A stretch of DNA of 64,000 nt from Patescibacteria group bacterium (GTDB lineage: Bacteria; Patescibacteriota; Patescibacteriia; 2-12-FULL-60-25): positions 30,758-94,757 of the forward strand of contig JBAZZT010000004.1 in NCBI GenBank assembly GCA_041658705.1, given 5' to 3'. Position numbers and translations under genes: made by a program. Below the pieces are notes generated by a model. It was given only the letters and a program-made list of their open reading frames with translations, searched no databases and had not been told where the DNA came from. Positions 22,341 through 32,000 of the stretch are shown here, one piece after another (positions within the stretch are counted from its first letter, which is position 1; the number at the start of each line of letters is the position of its first letter).

Positions 22341-22688
22341 TTACAGTTCTCCCTTTCTCTCCAACTCGTTTATTGTCTGTTCGATATGCGAAGCGTATTC
22401 TTCGGTCGTATCAACCTTCCAGAACAGATTCGGGATGCGGCGTAGGCGCAGGGTGCGGGCGATTTCGTGTTTGATTTCTTTGGAGAACTCGCGCAACGTG
22501 GCGAGCGCATCTTCCGTGCGGTCTCCCGGCAGGACCGAGATGGTGACGCTGGCGTGTTTTTCGTCGCGGGTCATCTTGGAATCCAGCACCGTCACGAAGA
22601 TGCCGCGCGGGAATTCCACGACGGTGGGTAGCGCAGCGGCGATCGCCATGCGCAGATGATCCATGCCTTGTTCCATTTTGCGGGACAT
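22341..22688 (-). CDS. rbfA: Ribosome-binding factor A
   Basis: 115 aa. RbfA-like layout with the C-terminal RIPNLFWKVDTTEE. Confidence 0.85.
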   Translation of the reverse strand: MSRKMEQGMDHLRMAIAAALPTVVEFPRGIFVTVLDSKMTRDEKHASVTISVLPGDRTEDALATLREFSKEIKHEIARTLRLRRIPNLFWKVDTTEEYASHIEQTINELERKGEL

Positions 22689-22753
22689 ATAGGATAGAGG
22701 GTAGAGAGTAGACGGTAGCCAAAATTTCTAATGACTAATTTCTAATGTCTAAC
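22689..22753 (-). repeat. Composite leader (TTCTAATG words plus GGCTACCGTCTAC CT-word) abutting the rbfA start
   Basis: The reverse complement is near-identical to 44218..44276 in front of yidC. Confidence 0.8.
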
Positions 22754-22857
22754 TTTTGACTTTCGACTCACAACCGCCACCTTAACAAGAATCAACGAAA
22801 AAGAAAACCCTGAACCTTCCCATTTACCTGCGATTTTAGTACTCTAGTACGCATCGT

Positions 22858-25089
22858 ATGTTCCTGAAACGGCTCGAAATCCAAGGTTTCAAGACCTTTG
22901 CGCAACGCACGGTCTTGGAATTCATCGCGGACAAGTCCAAGAATCGCGGCGTGACGGGCATCGTGGGCCCGAATGGTTCGGGTAAATCCAACATCGCAGA
23001 TGCTATCCGTTGGGTCATGGGCGAGCAGAGCATGAAGCTCCTGCGCAGCAAACGTTCCGAAGACGTCATCTTTTCCGGTTCAGCCAAAAAATCCCGCGCC
23101 GGTTTCGCCGAGGTCAGTTTGACGCTTTTGAACGACGACAAACCAGATATCGAGATGCACGAGATCGTGGTCACGCGCCGCCTGTACCGCGACGGCCAAT
23201 CCGAATACCTGGTCAACGGCAAGGACGTGCGCTTGGCCGACGTGGCGCTGCTCCTGGCGCAATGCGGCATCGGACAACGCACCTACAGCGTCATCGGGCA
23301 AGGCATGGTGGACGCGGTGCTTTCGGCGACGCCCACGGAACGCAAAGAATTCTTCGACGAAGCGGCGGGTCTGCGCACCTTCCAACTCAAGCGCGGCTCG
23401 GCCGTCAACAAACTCGATGCTTCGCGCGACAATTTGAAGCAAGCCGAGATGCTGTTGCGCGAGATCGAGCCGCGTCTGACCTCGCTCGAGCGCCAGGTCA
23501 AACGCTTGCGCCAGCGTGAAGCGTTGGAGGCTGAACTCAAGACCGTCGAGAGCTCATATTTCGGCAGCGTGTGGCGCGAGCTGCGCGGCAAGATGGGGGA
23601 GACGTCCAAACAGACCGCAGCGGCGCAGAAAGAATTCGAAAAAAAGAACGCGGAGATCGAAGCCATGGAAGCGGAGCTGGCGGCCATGGAAAAGGCCGCG
23701 CCCGTGTCGGACGAAGTGCGCAAGATCCGTACCTCCATCGACGCCTTAAAGGAAGAACGCAGCAAGCTGCGCGAGCAACAAATCCGTCTGGAAGCGCAGC
23801 GCGAGGCTAAAGCCGCGTCGGCCCACCGGCCGTGGGCGCCTTTGCCGCTGTCCAAGATCATCGAGAAGATCGAGAGCCTGACCAAGCGGCATGACGAGTT
23901 GTTCGTTTTGATCGAAAAAGGCGCTAAGCTGGATAAACTGCAAAAGATCGTGCGCGAGCTCAAAGAAGAAAGCGCGGAACTCCTGTCCAAGCTGCAACAA
24001 CCGGCGCCGGAACCGGAAAAAGAACGGACTGATCCGGACTTGGAAAAAGAGTTGGCTGGTTTGCTGGTCAAGATGAGCAAGATCGCCGAAGAAGTCGGGG
24101 GGTTAGAGACTGAATTGCGCGATTTAGGCGCCAAGGAAGATAAGGGCCGCGCTCGCCTGTTCGAGGTGCAGCGCGCGCTCACGGCCAAGCGGCACGAAGC
24201 GCAAAAAGCCGAGCAGCGGCTGAACGAGACGAATGTCGAGATGGCGCGTTTCGAGACGCGGCACGATGCGTTGTTGAGTGAATTGCGCCAACAAGCGCCG
24301 CAGCTCGAGACGGGGTTGGAAGCGTTGGCGCAAGCGGCGGGCAAACTCTCCGATTTGGCGCCGGCCGAACAACTCCAATCGCGCATGCAGCGCCTGCGTT
24401 CGCAGCTCGAATGGATCGGCGGCATCGATCCGGAGACGTTGAAGGAATACGATACGACCAAAACGCGCTTCGAGGAACTCTCGACGCATTCGACCGACCT
24501 TAAGCAAGCCATCGCTTCGCTCGAGACGGTGATCGTGGAACTTGATCGGACGATCAAGCAGAGGGGAGACGTGGCCTTCCGTGAACTGGACCAGGAGTTC
24601 GGCAAGTATTTCAAGATCCTGTTCGGCGGCGGTGACGCCAAGCTCATCAAGCTCGAACCCGAACCCATCGAAAGCGCAGCGCTCGAAGGCGAGGGTGCGG
24701 AATGTGCTGCGCCGGATGAAGAGGATGAAGAACGCTATACTTTGGCTGGAGTGGATATCCAGGCTACGCCGCCGGGCAAGCGCCTGAAATCCATCGCGCT
24801 TTTGTCGGGCGGCGAACGCGCCTTGACCTCGATTGCGCTCATCTGCGCCATCATGGCCATCAACCCGTCGCCTTTCGTCGTCTTGGACGAGGTGGACGCG
24901 GCGCTCGACGAGGCCAACTCGCTCAAATTCGCCGGCATCGTCGATTCCCTGGCTGACCGGACGCAGTTCGTGATTGTGACCCATAACCGCGCTACGATGA
25001 ACAAAGCTGGGGTGCTTTATGGGGTGACCATGGGCGATGACGGGGTCTCGATGCTCTTGTCTGTAAACTTGGAAAAGACCAAGAATTGA
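22858..25089 (+). CDS. smc: SMC-family chromosome partition ATPase, unusually short (743 aa), no recognisable hinge
   Basis: N-terminal LEIQGFKTFA..GIVGPNGSGKSNIADAIRWVMGEQS. C-terminal signature LSGGERALTSIAL and Walker B FVVLDEVDAALD. The middle is continuous coiled coil with a Pro-rich break, QQPAPEPEKERTDPD. Confidence 0.9.
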   Translation: MFLKRLEIQGFKTFAQRTVLEFIADKSKNRGVTGIVGPNGSGKSNIADAIRWVMGEQSMKLLRSKRSEDVIFSGSAKKSRAGFAEVSLTLLNDDKPDIEMHEIVVTRRLYRDGQSEYLVNGKDVRLADVALLLAQCGIGQRTYSVIGQGMVDAVLSATPTERKEFFDEAAGLRTFQLKRGSAVNKLDASRDNLKQAEMLLREIEPRLTSLERQVKRLRQREALEAELKTVESSYFGSVWRELRGKMGETSKQTAAAQKEFEKKNAEIEAMEAELAAMEKAAPVSDEVRKIRTSIDALKEERSKLREQQIRLEAQREAKAASAHRPWAPLPLSKIIEKIESLTKRHDELFVLIEKGAKLDKLQKIVRELKEESAELLSKLQQPAPEPEKERTDPDLEKELAGLLVKMSKIAEEVGGLETELRDLGAKEDKGRARLFEVQRALTAKRHEAQKAEQRLNETNVEMARFETRHDALLSELRQQAPQLETGLEALAQAAGKLSDLAPAEQLQSRMQRLRSQLEWIGGIDPETLKEYDTTKTRFEELSTHSTDLKQAIASLETVIVELDRTIKQRGDVAFRELDQEFGKYFKILFGGGDAKLIKLEPEPIESAALEGEGAECAAPDEEDEERYTLAGVDIQATPPGKRLKSIALLSGGERALTSIALICAIMAINPSPFVVLDEVDAALDEANSLKFAGIVDSLADRTQFVIVTHNRATMNKAGVLYGVTMGDDGVSMLLSVNLEKTKN

Positions 25090-25240
25090 GGGCTAAAACC
25101 GGCTGTATTTGCCTGAATTCAAAAAGAGCCTAAATAAAATGTTTTTGCGCCCTTGACAGACGCTGGAATTGGCTCTAAGCTGTACTCACGATCCTTAAAG
25201 CGGCCTTTCCGAAGAGAGCCGTTTTTTCGTCTCTCAAGAG

Positions 25241-25269
25241 TTGACAAGAACCGAGGGATGTGATAAAAA
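25241..25269 (+). promoter_or_regulatory. Strong candidate promoter (TTGACA, 17-nt spacer ending in an extended -10, TGaTAAAAA)
   Basis: ttgaca agaaccgagggatg tga taaaaa. Confidence 0.55.
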
Positions 25270-25275
25270 GGACAA

Positions 25276-25425
25276 TTCGGTCATTCAAAGAATTCCATGA
25301 GGCTCAAGGCAATCCGCGTCCACGACAAGCATGGAACCTTTTTCTTAGGGTGTCGCAGGTCTTCGGACTCGCTCTCCCCTATAAACAGGTTTCTTGGGTG
25401 CGGATTGCCTTGAGCCTTTTTGTTT
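25276..25425 (+). ncRNA. Candidate small structured RNA, class unknown
   Basis: A perfect 17-bp closing stem (ggctcaaggcaatccgc 25301..25317 with gcggattgccttgagcc 25400..25416) is followed by tttttgttt. It encloses 82 nt including a ggtc-uucg-gac hairpin. No ORF is present. Confidence 0.45.
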
Positions 25426-25438
25426 AAAGAAATACAAA

Positions 25439-25514
25439 GAATTTAGAATTTAGAATTTAGAATATAGAATTTGGAAGTTCGAATTCCACATTCCACATTC
25501 TAAATTCCAACTTC
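25439..25514. repeat. Word hairpin (GAATTTAGAAT / TTCCACATTC words) upstream of 25527
   Basis: Same word family as 27670..27742 and 60421..60499. Confidence 0.8.
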
Positions 25515-25526
25515 ACCTTCCGCTGC

Positions 25527-25733
25527 ATGAAAGCCAAAATCACCAATCTGGACGAAAGTCGCGTGACGCTGACCCTGGAAGACGGTCAGGTTTTGAGTTT
25601 GCCGGCGGCTGCCGTATCCGGCCAAATCAAGCCCGGCCAGGAGGCGCTTTTGGCGGTTTTTCCTGTGGGCGGCGAGGAGGCTGGTCGGCAACAATTGGCA
25701 CGGGACTTCCTAAATGAGATATTAAGGGGGTAA
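25527..25733 (+). CDS. Small protein (68 aa), DUF3006-like
   Basis: MKAKITNLDESRVTLTLEDGQVLSLP resembles DUF3006 N-termini. The call is weak. Confidence 0.5.
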   Translation: MKAKITNLDESRVTLTLEDGQVLSLPAAAVSGQIKPGQEALLAVFPVGGEEAGRQQLARDFLNEILRG

Positions 25734-25755
25734 AATAGACCCTGGTATCTTGGAA

Positions 25756-25812
25756 TTTGTATTATGTATTTTGGGTTTCGACCCCAAATACAAAATACAA
25801 ACCCCAAACCCC
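25756..25812. repeat. Word hairpin (TGTATTTTGGGG / CCCCAAATACA words) upstream of the VanW gene
   Basis: tgtattatgtattttgggtttcgaccccaaatacaaaatacaaaccccaaacccc. Confidence 0.65.
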
Positions 25813-25822
25813 ATTCCCTATC

Positions 25823-27658
25823 ATGGACAAAGACACAAAGACAATCAGATTAGTGCTGTGGTGGACGGCCGCGACTTTTGGCGTGCTGGCCGTTTTCACT
25901 TTGTTGTTGGTCGGAGCCTGCGCCGCGTACGGCAGGATGTATGAGAACCGGATCTTTCCGGGCGTCAGGGTCTTGAGCGTGCGTTTGGATGGTTTGACCA
26001 AGACCGAGGCGCGCAAGGCAGTGCAAGATTCCATCGACAATGTTTTGTCGAAGGGTTTGCGTTTCAATTATGATGGTCGTGAATTGGTGATCGATCCCAA
26101 CCTGGTCTCGACCGACCCGGGCGCGGCGCGTGATTTAGTGCGCTACGATGTCGATCAAGCGCTGGAACAAGCTTATGCTTTGGGCCGTGATGCCGGCTGG
26201 ATCTCGAACGCGGCGGAGCAGTTGGGTCTGCGCGTCTCGCCCAAAGAAGTCCCGCCGCGGGTGACCTTGGATCGCAGCGGTTTGGACGAAGCGCTGCAAG
26301 CCGCGGCCGAACGCGAGCTGCATCCGGTCAAGGACGCGCGACTTAGCATAAACGCTTCGACCACGCCCGCGACCATCGGCATCGAGCCGGAACAAAGCGG
26401 GCTTTCGCTCATCACTTCGAGCGCGCTCGACGAACTGACTTACCAAGCGCGTCGGCTTGAATTCAAGCCCATCGCTTTGAGCGATCAGATCATCAATCCG
26501 ACGGTCACGGCCAAGGATCTTGAGCCGCTCATACCTGAAGCGGAGAATATCATGGCGCGGCCCCAGCTTGTTTTGACCCACGACAACCAAGAGTTCCCTG
26601 TGACGGCGACGCTGCTCGGACGTTGGCTTACGGTCACGGGTACGCAACGTGAGATCGCTTTGACTTTGGACGCGCAGAAGTTCGCGGCGGACATCAAAAC
26701 TCTGGCCGGCAAGATCGAGAAGCCGGGCAAAAACGGCGGCTTGGAAATCAAAGACGGCAAGATTGTGTCCTTCACGCCGGGTAATGAGGGCGTCGAAATC
26801 GATACGGCGGCGACTTACGCCGTGGTCATGCGGAATTGGCCGACCAGTTCGACCCTAGCCATCGTTACGCACACCGCACCTGGGCGCCTGGTGGGGGAAG
26901 ATCCGGAAAAGTTGGGCATCAAGGATTTGCTTGGAGTCGGGACTTCTAACTTTTCCGGTTCGCCCAAGAATCGGCTCAAGAACATCGCGCGCGCCATTGA
27001 GCTCCTGAACGGCACGGTGATCGAACCCGACCAGATTTTTTCGCTCATCGACACCATGGGCGAGATCGACGGCAAGAACGGTTGGTTCCCCGAGATGGTG
27101 ATCAAGGGCAACGAGACCAAACCGGAATATGGCGGCGGTTTGTGCCAGATCGGCACTACGGTTTTCCGCGCTGCGATGAAATCCGGCTTGCCTATCGTGG
27201 AGCGCGCCAACCACTCGTATCGCGTGCGCTATTATGAACCGGCCGGCACGGACGCCACAGTCTACGGTCCGCATCCCGACATGCGCTTCAAGAACGACAC
27301 GGGTCATCCTATCTATATCAACGCTTATCAAAAGGGGAATGAGCTGTTCTTCGAATATTGGGGCACGAGCGACGGGCGCAAGGGCGAGATCGGCAAGTCG
27401 CACGTGTATAACATCGTCCCGCCTCCGCCGACCAAGTTGATCGAGACTCTGGAATTGGCGCCGGGCAAAAAGAAGTGCAGCGAGATCGCCCACACCGGGG
27501 CTGACGCGGATTTCACTTACACCATCACGACCGCCGACGGCACAGTGACTGATCGAATTTTCCGCAGCCATTATCGGCCGTGGCAAGCGGTGTGCATGAT
27601 CGGAGTCGAAAAGTTGAGCGACCCAATCGGCACAGCGACGTCGACGACGGCGAATTGA
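25823..27658 (+). CDS. VanW-domain protein with an N-terminal TM anchor
   Basis: VanW core GGGLCQIGTTVFRAAMKSGLPIVERANHSYRVRYY. ATG 25823 is preferred because the upstream part of the ORF is word-hairpin sequence. Confidence 0.88.
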   Translation: MDKDTKTIRLVLWWTAATFGVLAVFTLLLVGACAAYGRMYENRIFPGVRVLSVRLDGLTKTEARKAVQDSIDNVLSKGLRFNYDGRELVIDPNLVSTDPGAARDLVRYDVDQALEQAYALGRDAGWISNAAEQLGLRVSPKEVPPRVTLDRSGLDEALQAAAERELHPVKDARLSINASTTPATIGIEPEQSGLSLITSSALDELTYQARRLEFKPIALSDQIINPTVTAKDLEPLIPEAENIMARPQLVLTHDNQEFPVTATLLGRWLTVTGTQREIALTLDAQKFAADIKTLAGKIEKPGKNGGLEIKDGKIVSFTPGNEGVEIDTAATYAVVMRNWPTSSTLAIVTHTAPGRLVGEDPEKLGIKDLLGVGTSNFSGSPKNRLKNIARAIELLNGTVIEPDQIFSLIDTMGEIDGKNGWFPEMVIKGNETKPEYGGGLCQIGTTVFRAAMKSGLPIVERANHSYRVRYYEPAGTDATVYGPHPDMRFKNDTGHPIYINAYQKGNELFFEYWGTSDGRKGEIGKSHVYNIVPPPPTKLIETLELAPGKKKCSEIAHTGADADFTYTITTADGTVTDRIFRSHYRPWQAVCMIGVEKLSDPIGTATSTTAN

Positions 27659-27669
27659 AGAGGGGGAAA

Positions 27670-27742
27670 GTGAATTTGGAATATGGAATTTAGAATGTGG
27701 AATCAGAACTTCCAAATTCCATATTCTATATTCTAAATTCAC
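27670..27742. repeat. Word hairpin (GGAATTT/AGAAT words) between the VanW and Hsp20 genes
   Basis: gtgaatttggaatatggaatttagaatgtggaat .. ttccaaattccatattctatattctaaattcac. Confidence 0.8.
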
Positions 27743-27763
27743 CATTTGCTATACTCCCCCCGT

Positions 27764-28129
27764 ATGTACGAATTTTCACAGGATTGGTCGGGGACGGCAG
27801 GGGAGGGGCAGCTCTCGGTGGATGTCTTTCGCCAGGGCGAGGATTTGGTCATCCGCTCCACGGTCTCGGGCGTGACGCCGGAGGATTTGAACGTCTCGAT
27901 TCATGGCGACCTTTTGACCATCCGCGGCAAACGCGAATTTTTGCATGAGGTTTCGGAGGACCAGTGGTTTTATAAAGAATGTTTTTGGGGCGCTTTCAGC
28001 CGTTCGCTGGTCTTGCCTTTTGAAGTCGCGGCGGACGCGGCCCAAGCCAGCCTGAAAAACGGCGTGTTGGAGATCAGGATTCCAGTGCGCGAACAAGGCA
28101 AAAGGGTAGCGGTGACATGGGAAGAGTGA
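27764..28129 (+). CDS. Hsp20/alpha-crystallin family small heat-shock protein
   Basis: Alpha-crystallin domain LSVDVFRQGEDLVIRSTVSGV..LTIRGKRE..FSRSLVLPFEV..KNGVLEIRIP. Confidence 0.9.
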   Translation: MYEFSQDWSGTAGEGQLSVDVFRQGEDLVIRSTVSGVTPEDLNVSIHGDLLTIRGKREFLHEVSEDQWFYKECFWGAFSRSLVLPFEVAADAAQASLKNGVLEIRIPVREQGKRVAVTWEE

Positions 28130-28212
28130 GTAGGGAGTAGTAAGTAGTGAGTAGCCAGGCCGTTTGCCTGGTTTTTGCTTGCTATCTACTCGCTACTTGC
28201 TACTTACTACTC
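28127..28212. terminator. hsp20 terminator (ccagg..cctgg followed by ttttt) embedded in a long AGTAG-word hairpin
   Basis: gagtagggagtagtaagtagtgagtag ccaggccgtttgcctgg ttttt .. ctatctactcgctacttgctacttactactc. Confidence 0.7.
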
Positions 28213-28255
28213 ATTCTCTTGTGCTATACTCTGCGCATAACTGAAGAGCCATATC

Positions 28256-28924
28256 ATGCTGGAATCCATTGCCCAACGATGGAAGTTTATGGCCACGGAA
28301 CAAAAGGTTTCTGTGGTCGTGCTTGGCATTTGCGGCGTACTGGCCATTGGCCTCTCGCTGTATAATTTGCGTTTGAGCGTGATGAGTCCTTTCCTGGCTA
28401 AAAAATCCGAGATGACGGCGGCTAAAAAGATCATCGGTCTGACTCAAGAAGAAGAAATCGCCAAGCAGCAGCGGATGGACACCGACGGCGACAGCTTGTC
28501 GGATTGGGATGAAGTGAACATCTATCACACCAACCCCAATTTGCGCGACTCATGCGGCGACGGTAGGGCGGATAACATCCGCGTGGTCAGCGGCAAGAAT
28601 TTGAACTGCGCCGGAAAAGCCGCGACCGGGCAGTTGGATGTTTCGGGAGTCGGTTCCATCGCTCCGACCATGGGCGGCACGCAGCAGCAGACGACGGATA
28701 ATCTGTTGAGCATGTTCGCCACCGGTACGGAGGCGGAGGCGAGTCCTGTTGAACCGGCTTTAGCGCGTGATCCCGCGGCGATCAGGGCGGCACTCAAAGG
28801 CAAAGTCGATCAGACCAAGCTCAATCAGTTGAGCGACACCCAGCTCCTTGAGTATTACGACACGGCATTAGCAGAACAGAAAAAACTCCAAGCCGAAGCG
28901 GCGACCGGCACCGCAACCCAATAA
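28256..28924 (+). CDS. Membrane-anchored protein with thrombospondin-type-3-like Ca-binding repeat
   Basis: TM segment VSVVVLGICGVLAIGLSLY followed by DTDGDSLSDWDEVNIYHTNPNLRDSCGDGRADN. Confidence 0.7.
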   Translation: MLESIAQRWKFMATEQKVSVVVLGICGVLAIGLSLYNLRLSVMSPFLAKKSEMTAAKKIIGLTQEEEIAKQQRMDTDGDSLSDWDEVNIYHTNPNLRDSCGDGRADNIRVVSGKNLNCAGKAATGQLDVSGVGSIAPTMGGTQQQTTDNLLSMFATGTEAEASPVEPALARDPAAIRAALKGKVDQTKLNQLSDTQLLEYYDTALAEQKKLQAEAATGTATQ

Positions 28925-28933
28925 CAACCTATG

Positions 28934-29075
28934 CCGTGTAAGACAAAAACTATGAGTACAGGCTGTGTGACCATTTATCTTTCTTTCGGCATCAATGGAT
29001 CGAAGTCTTACAATGCGAAAAGATCCCACTTTAATCAAAGGTCAAAAGCTAAAAAATAGTTTTTGTCTTACACGG
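28934..29075. repeat. 142-bp element bounded by perfect 19-bp inverted repeats; the right arm ends 1 nt before the giant-gene ATG
   Basis: ccgtgtaagacaaaaacta (28934..28952) and tagtttttgtcttacacgg (29057..29075). Confidence 0.85.
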
Positions 29076-29076
29076 T

Positions 29077-32000
29077 ATGCTTCCCGCGTGGCTGTCCAAA
29101 AATAAAAACAAGTTCGTCCTCGGAGGACTGACCCTCGTCCTGGCCTTGGGTACGGTCATCGTGGCCTATCCGAAGAAAGCGGAAGCGAGTTTGTTGCAGG
29201 CTGATCCGAACGCGGCTATCGCGGCTCGGGCGCAACTTTGCGGCTACGTGACCGGTGCCGGCACTTCTCCGGGCGCGACTTCGATCATCGGCTTGATGCC
29301 GGAATGCCATTATTACGAAATCTACAAGGCCAAGGTGGACATGATCCAATCCACCATCCAGTTCGGAGTGGTGCGGGCTTTGCTCGGCGCGCTGCAATAC
29401 GGCACGCAGATGATCGCCCAACAGACGGCGCAGTGGATTCTCGAAGGCGCGCACGGTAAACCGTCATTCTGGACCATGAACTGGGGAGAATTCCTGGCCA
29501 ACGTGGGCGAGGACGCGGTCAACCGGTTCATCGGCGAACTGGATAAGACCATGCAGGGTTGGGGCTTGGGCAGCTTGTGTACGCCCATGTCGCTCAACAT
29601 GCGTTTGGCTTTGTACATCAAGCCCATCGTGCCGCAGGCCTTTCAAGGTTGCGACTGGGCCAAGATGAAGGGCGCGTTCAACCAGACAAAAAATACTTTT
29701 TCGCCCACCGAAATCGCGGCAAATTTGCGCAAGTCGGTCCAGCCCGGAGGCAACCAGATCGATATGATGCTCAAGGTGAACAGCGAAATCCTGGTGAACA
29801 AGGAGGCGGCGGAGAAGTGGTATGAAAAACAACGTATTGAGACGCGCGGCTTCAAATCGATCACCGATTTGATCAGCGGCAAGATCAAGACGCCGGCCGA
29901 AGTCGTGGACGAGACGGTGCGCCAATCCAACGTGGTCAAGCTGCAACATGACGTGACCACGGCGGACATCAATGCGCTGGCCATGGCCGCGTTCTGGGCT
30001 GGGTTCGAACAGTTGCCGCAAGTCGCTGCCTCGCAATTCCTGAACACCTTGGCCGTGGGCGCATTGCAGAAGTTTTTCACTTGGATTTTCGGCGGCATGA
30101 CGGGCGGCGACGAGACTTGGTATAATCTCGATTTATCCGATCCATTCGCGCAACGCAGTGCGCAACCCAAGACCGACGCATTGCAAAAAGCCTTTTCGGA
30201 CATGATCATCCCTGATCTGTTCACCAATAAAGACGAAGATTTCGTATTTGAGATGACGTCTTGCGTCGAAGGCAGCCGCTCATATTGGGGTTGCAGCATG
30301 GACGAAGGGTTGGCTCAAGCGCTGCGGGCCTCGGCGGAAAGCGGGGCTTATACCGTGGCGCGTGCAGCCGGCATCGGCGGCACCGGAGCGAGCGAATATC
30401 TGCACAAAGATTGGGAGCTGATTCCCGAAAGCGAAGTCAAGGATAACCAGGATTCGGGTTGCTACCAGCGCGCCTACTGCGCCTCGAACCTGGCCAAGCT
30501 GCGCTTTGCGCGCATCATCCCGTTGGGCTGGGAGCTCGCCGCCAATTCACCTTTCAACGTAAAAGCCAACGGCAGATATGTCACCTTGGGCCAGGTCGTC
30601 GCGGGTTTCAACTCCTGCAACGCCCAAGGACAAGTCGACGCCGAGCATCCGTGGTGCCATCTTATCAATCCCGCTTGGGTGCTTACGGCGCCGCCTTTCA
30701 AATGCCAACTCAAAGGCTATGGTACGACCCTGGCCGCGCCGGACACGCCGATGCGCCAGCAAGAATGCAGCGACCTGGTCTCCTGCTTGAAGCGCGATGA
30801 CAAGGGCAAGTGCTTGGGCCAATACGGATCATGCTTATCCGAAAAGACGGTGTGGCGTTTTGGCGCCGACTCGTGCGACCAGAAGTTCGTGAGTTGCCGC
30901 ACCTACCAGTCGCGCGCCACCGGCGCACACCAAGGCCAGAACGTATCCTATATAAGGAATACCATAGATTACGGATCGTGCAACCAGGATAACGTGGGTT
31001 GCCTGTATTATGCGACGACGCGCGACGTCACGACGACGAGCACCGAGCGCTGGGTGGCCACGACGCTCGAAGTCAAAAACAAGAAGGGCGCATTGGCCGG
31101 TTATGACATCCGCCAGATGCCGCGCGTGTATTTTGATGCCACGGTGCAGGCTTGCGATGCGTCGTCCGATGGTTGCACCAAAGTGCAGCGCGTCAATCCC
31201 GGCAGTCCGGCGTTCAACCTCGTGCGCAACGGTTCCTTCGAGGACAATTTGGACAACCTGCCGGACAAACTCGTGGCTTGGTTCGACGACAACGATAACC
31301 CGGTCGGACAGAAACCGTTCAACCCGGCGACGGGTCCGGCTTACCAAAGCGGCCAAGCGAGCTACTACAACGCCACGACGCACCAGCCCGTCACTCTTTA
31401 TCCCTACCGCCCCTACGTCTTGTCTTTTTACGCTCGTGCCGACGGGGGAGCCGCTCCCGACGTGCAGGTATTTTTGGATCTGTATCAGGCACCGAACAAG
31501 CCGGTCGTTACAACGGGTCCGGCGGTCTACCGCAGTTCCAATTGCAGCAAAAAAACCCAGACTTCAGTCGGTTTGAGCAGCTTCAAACCGGGCAACGATT
31601 GGCAGCGTTATACCTGCGAGTTCAGTTCCAACCCGGATGTGCGTTTGGGCGTGCTGAAGATATCCGTCAAGAACGCGGCGCTGGATGACGTGCAGCTTGA
31701 GGAGGCTGATCGCGCGACGGATTACATCGATGGCGCAGCGGACAATCTTCCGGTCGAACATATCAAACTGCCGCCGGAGGAATTGGGTTGCAAGGGCGAT
31801 GCCAAGACAGACCGCAAAGAGTGCGCGGATTATGCGCTCATGTGCCAAGCCACTGAAGCCGGCTGCCAGGGTTGGAGCGACGCGGGGGATGCGAGCGGAA
31901 TCGAAATCCCGGCCATCGTCTCGCCGCTTGATCGCTGTCCCAAGAGCTGCGTGGGTTACGCGGAGTATCGCAAATTGCCCTCGGCTTTCGATCTGGTCAA

